From contig CBDCDS010000003.1 in assembly GCA_965215365.1 (NCBI GenBank), positions 672,001-736,000 on the forward strand: a stretch of DNA of 64,000 nt, given 5' to 3'. The stretch's first letter is position 1. Each line of letters opens with the position of its first letter. The notes under the pieces are model-generated. The model saw nothing but the letters and a program-made list of their open reading frames with translations. It searched no databases and had not been told where the DNA came from. A program made the translations under genes and the position numbers. Source of the DNA: Gammaproteobacteria bacterium (lineage in GTDB: Bacteria; Pseudomonadota; Gammaproteobacteria; Eutrophobiales; Eutrophobiaceae). This document shows positions 62,647 through 64,000 of this stretch, one piece after another.

Positions 62647-64000
62647 AACCACCTTTTGACATCGCCGCCGATCTCGATACGCCGGTATCGGCATTCCTGA
62701 AACTGAAGCCGTTGGGCGCGCGCTTCCTGCTGGAAAGCGTGGAGCGGGGGGAGCAGGTCGCCCGTTTTTCCTTCCTGGGCATGGGCAGCGTACTCGACCT
62801 GCACCTTGAGTCCCGAACCCTGACGCACAATGGTTTGACCCAATCCCTGCCCGCCGGCCGCGCGGCCTTATTGGCGGCGCTGCGGGACGGATTACGGACT
62901 GCGCCGCAGTTATCCCCGCAGGTGGATGAGATACCGTTCCAGGGTGGTCTGGTCGGCTATGCGGATTTCGACCTGGTTCATGCACTTGAACAATTCCCGC
63001 ACAATACCTGTGCCACGGGTTATCAGCCTCGAGCGGCATACATGGCCCCCCGCTCGCTGCTGGTATTCGACCACCTGACCCGGCGGGTGGCGTTGCTCCA
63101 TGCCGGTGCTGAGGCGGAACGGCTGGCCTTCCAAAAGGAAATCAGCGCAGCCTTACGCGGCTCCATTCCTGCGTGCGCCGCGCCTGACACCTGTGCCATT
63201 GCGAAAGCCGGCCTGTCCCGCAATGACTATATGCAACTGGTATATGAGGCCAAGCAAAAAATACGTGACGGAGATATCTTCCAGGTGGTGCTGGCCAACC
63301 GCTTTTACGGTGAATGTGAGCTGACGCCGTTCACGGCTTACCGCGCCCTGCGCCTGATTAACCCGTCTCCCTACATGTACTATCTGGAGCTCGGCGACCG
63401 CATCATCGCCGGTTCTTCACCCGAGGCCATGGTGAAGCTGCAAGGGGGTACAGCCGCATTGCGGCCTATCGCCGGCACGCGCCCACGCGGGCAAACCCCC
63501 GAGGAGGACCAGCAACTGGAACAGGGTTTGCTCAACGATCCCAAGGAAGTGGCCGAACACGTTATGCTGGTGGATCTGGCGCGCAATGACTTAGGGCGCG
63601 TAGCGGCCACGGGTTCCATTCAGGTTGATCCGTGGCTGTCCATCGAACGTTACAGCCATGTCATGCACATTGTCAGCGGTGTCTGCGGCAGGCCGCGGCC
63701 GGGCCAGGATGCCTTCGATCTGTTCGCGGCATCCTTCCCCGCCGGCACCCTGGTCGGCGCGCCCAAGATTCGCGCCATCGAGTTGTTGAACGGCTATGAA
63801 CCGGTGCCACGCGGCCTGTACGGCGGCACGGTAGGTTATTTCGACCATTACGGCAACATGGACCAGGCCATTGCCATACGCACCATCGTGTTCGAAAACG
63901 GTGGCTACAGCTATCACGCCGGCGCTGGCATCGTGGCCGACAGCGACCCGGCCACGGAGCACGACGAAGTGCTGGCCAAAAGCGCAGTCATGCGCCAGGC
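62643..64000 (+). CDS. trpE: Anthranilate synthase component I (runs off the right edge)
   Basis: Open frame from GTG 62643: ADLDTPVSAFLKL, LLESVE, GDIFQVV, NPSPYM, GSSPE, PIAGTRPRG, AEHVMLVDLARND, PAGTLVGAPK, AGAGIVADS; absent from the ORF track because there is no stop in the window. Confidence 0.9.
   Translation, partial: MKPPFDIAADLDTPVSAFLKLKPLGARFLLESVERGEQVARFSFLGMGSVLDLHLESRTLTHNGLTQSLPAGRAALLAALRDGLRTAPQLSPQVDEIPFQGGLVGYADFDLVHALEQFPHNTCATGYQPRAAYMAPRSLLVFDHLTRRVALLHAGAEAERLAFQKEISAALRGSIPACAAPDTCAIAKAGLSRNDYMQLVYEAKQKIRDGDIFQVVLANRFYGECELTPFTAYRALRLINPSPYMYYLELGDRIIAGSSPEAMVKLQGGTAALRPIAGTRPRGQTPEEDQQLEQGLLNDPKEVAEHVMLVDLARNDLGRVAATGSIQVDPWLSIERYSHVMHIVSGVCGRPRPGQDAFDLFAASFPAGTLVGAPKIRAIELLNGYEPVPRGLYGGTVGYFDHYGNMDQAIAIRTIVFENGGYSYHAGAGIVADSDPATEHDEVLAKSAVMRQ

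Overview
GC-rich bacterial chromosome segment, gammaproteobacterial by gene content (inference). Housekeeping genes (dsbA end, PPi-type pfk, bepA, gyrB, comF/bioBFCD, mnmG-rsmG-parAB, rlmD, galE, cysM, rimI, udg, leuA, trxB, nupC-deoD, deoC, trpE start) are interleaved with accessory DNA. There are two type I restriction-modification loci. The first (10.6-20.8 kb) is intact but split by a stack of toxin-antitoxin (TA) modules, a decayed duplicate of them, an IS1634 remnant and a MITE. The second (47.7-52.4 kb) is eroded, but an intact AAA-ATPase/S8-protease (IetAS-like) pair sits inside it. Also present: a Pho-box-controlled phytase plus TonB receptor operon, an RTX metalloprotease, MazEF, BrnTA, and an exported adenosine deaminase in a nucleoside-scavenging cluster. 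The most notable unexplained structures are (1) a 23-bp tandem repeat array directly upstream of an AAA+/PD-(D/E)XK (DUF4143-type) gene inserted between mnmG and rsmG, (2) two small inverted-repeat (MITE-like) families that land on gene starts/stops and appear to supply new translation signals, and (3) identical 25-bp direct repeats bracketing hsdM and its TA modules. No rRNA, tRNA or CRISPR array was seen. All calls come from reading motifs by eye; no database search was run.
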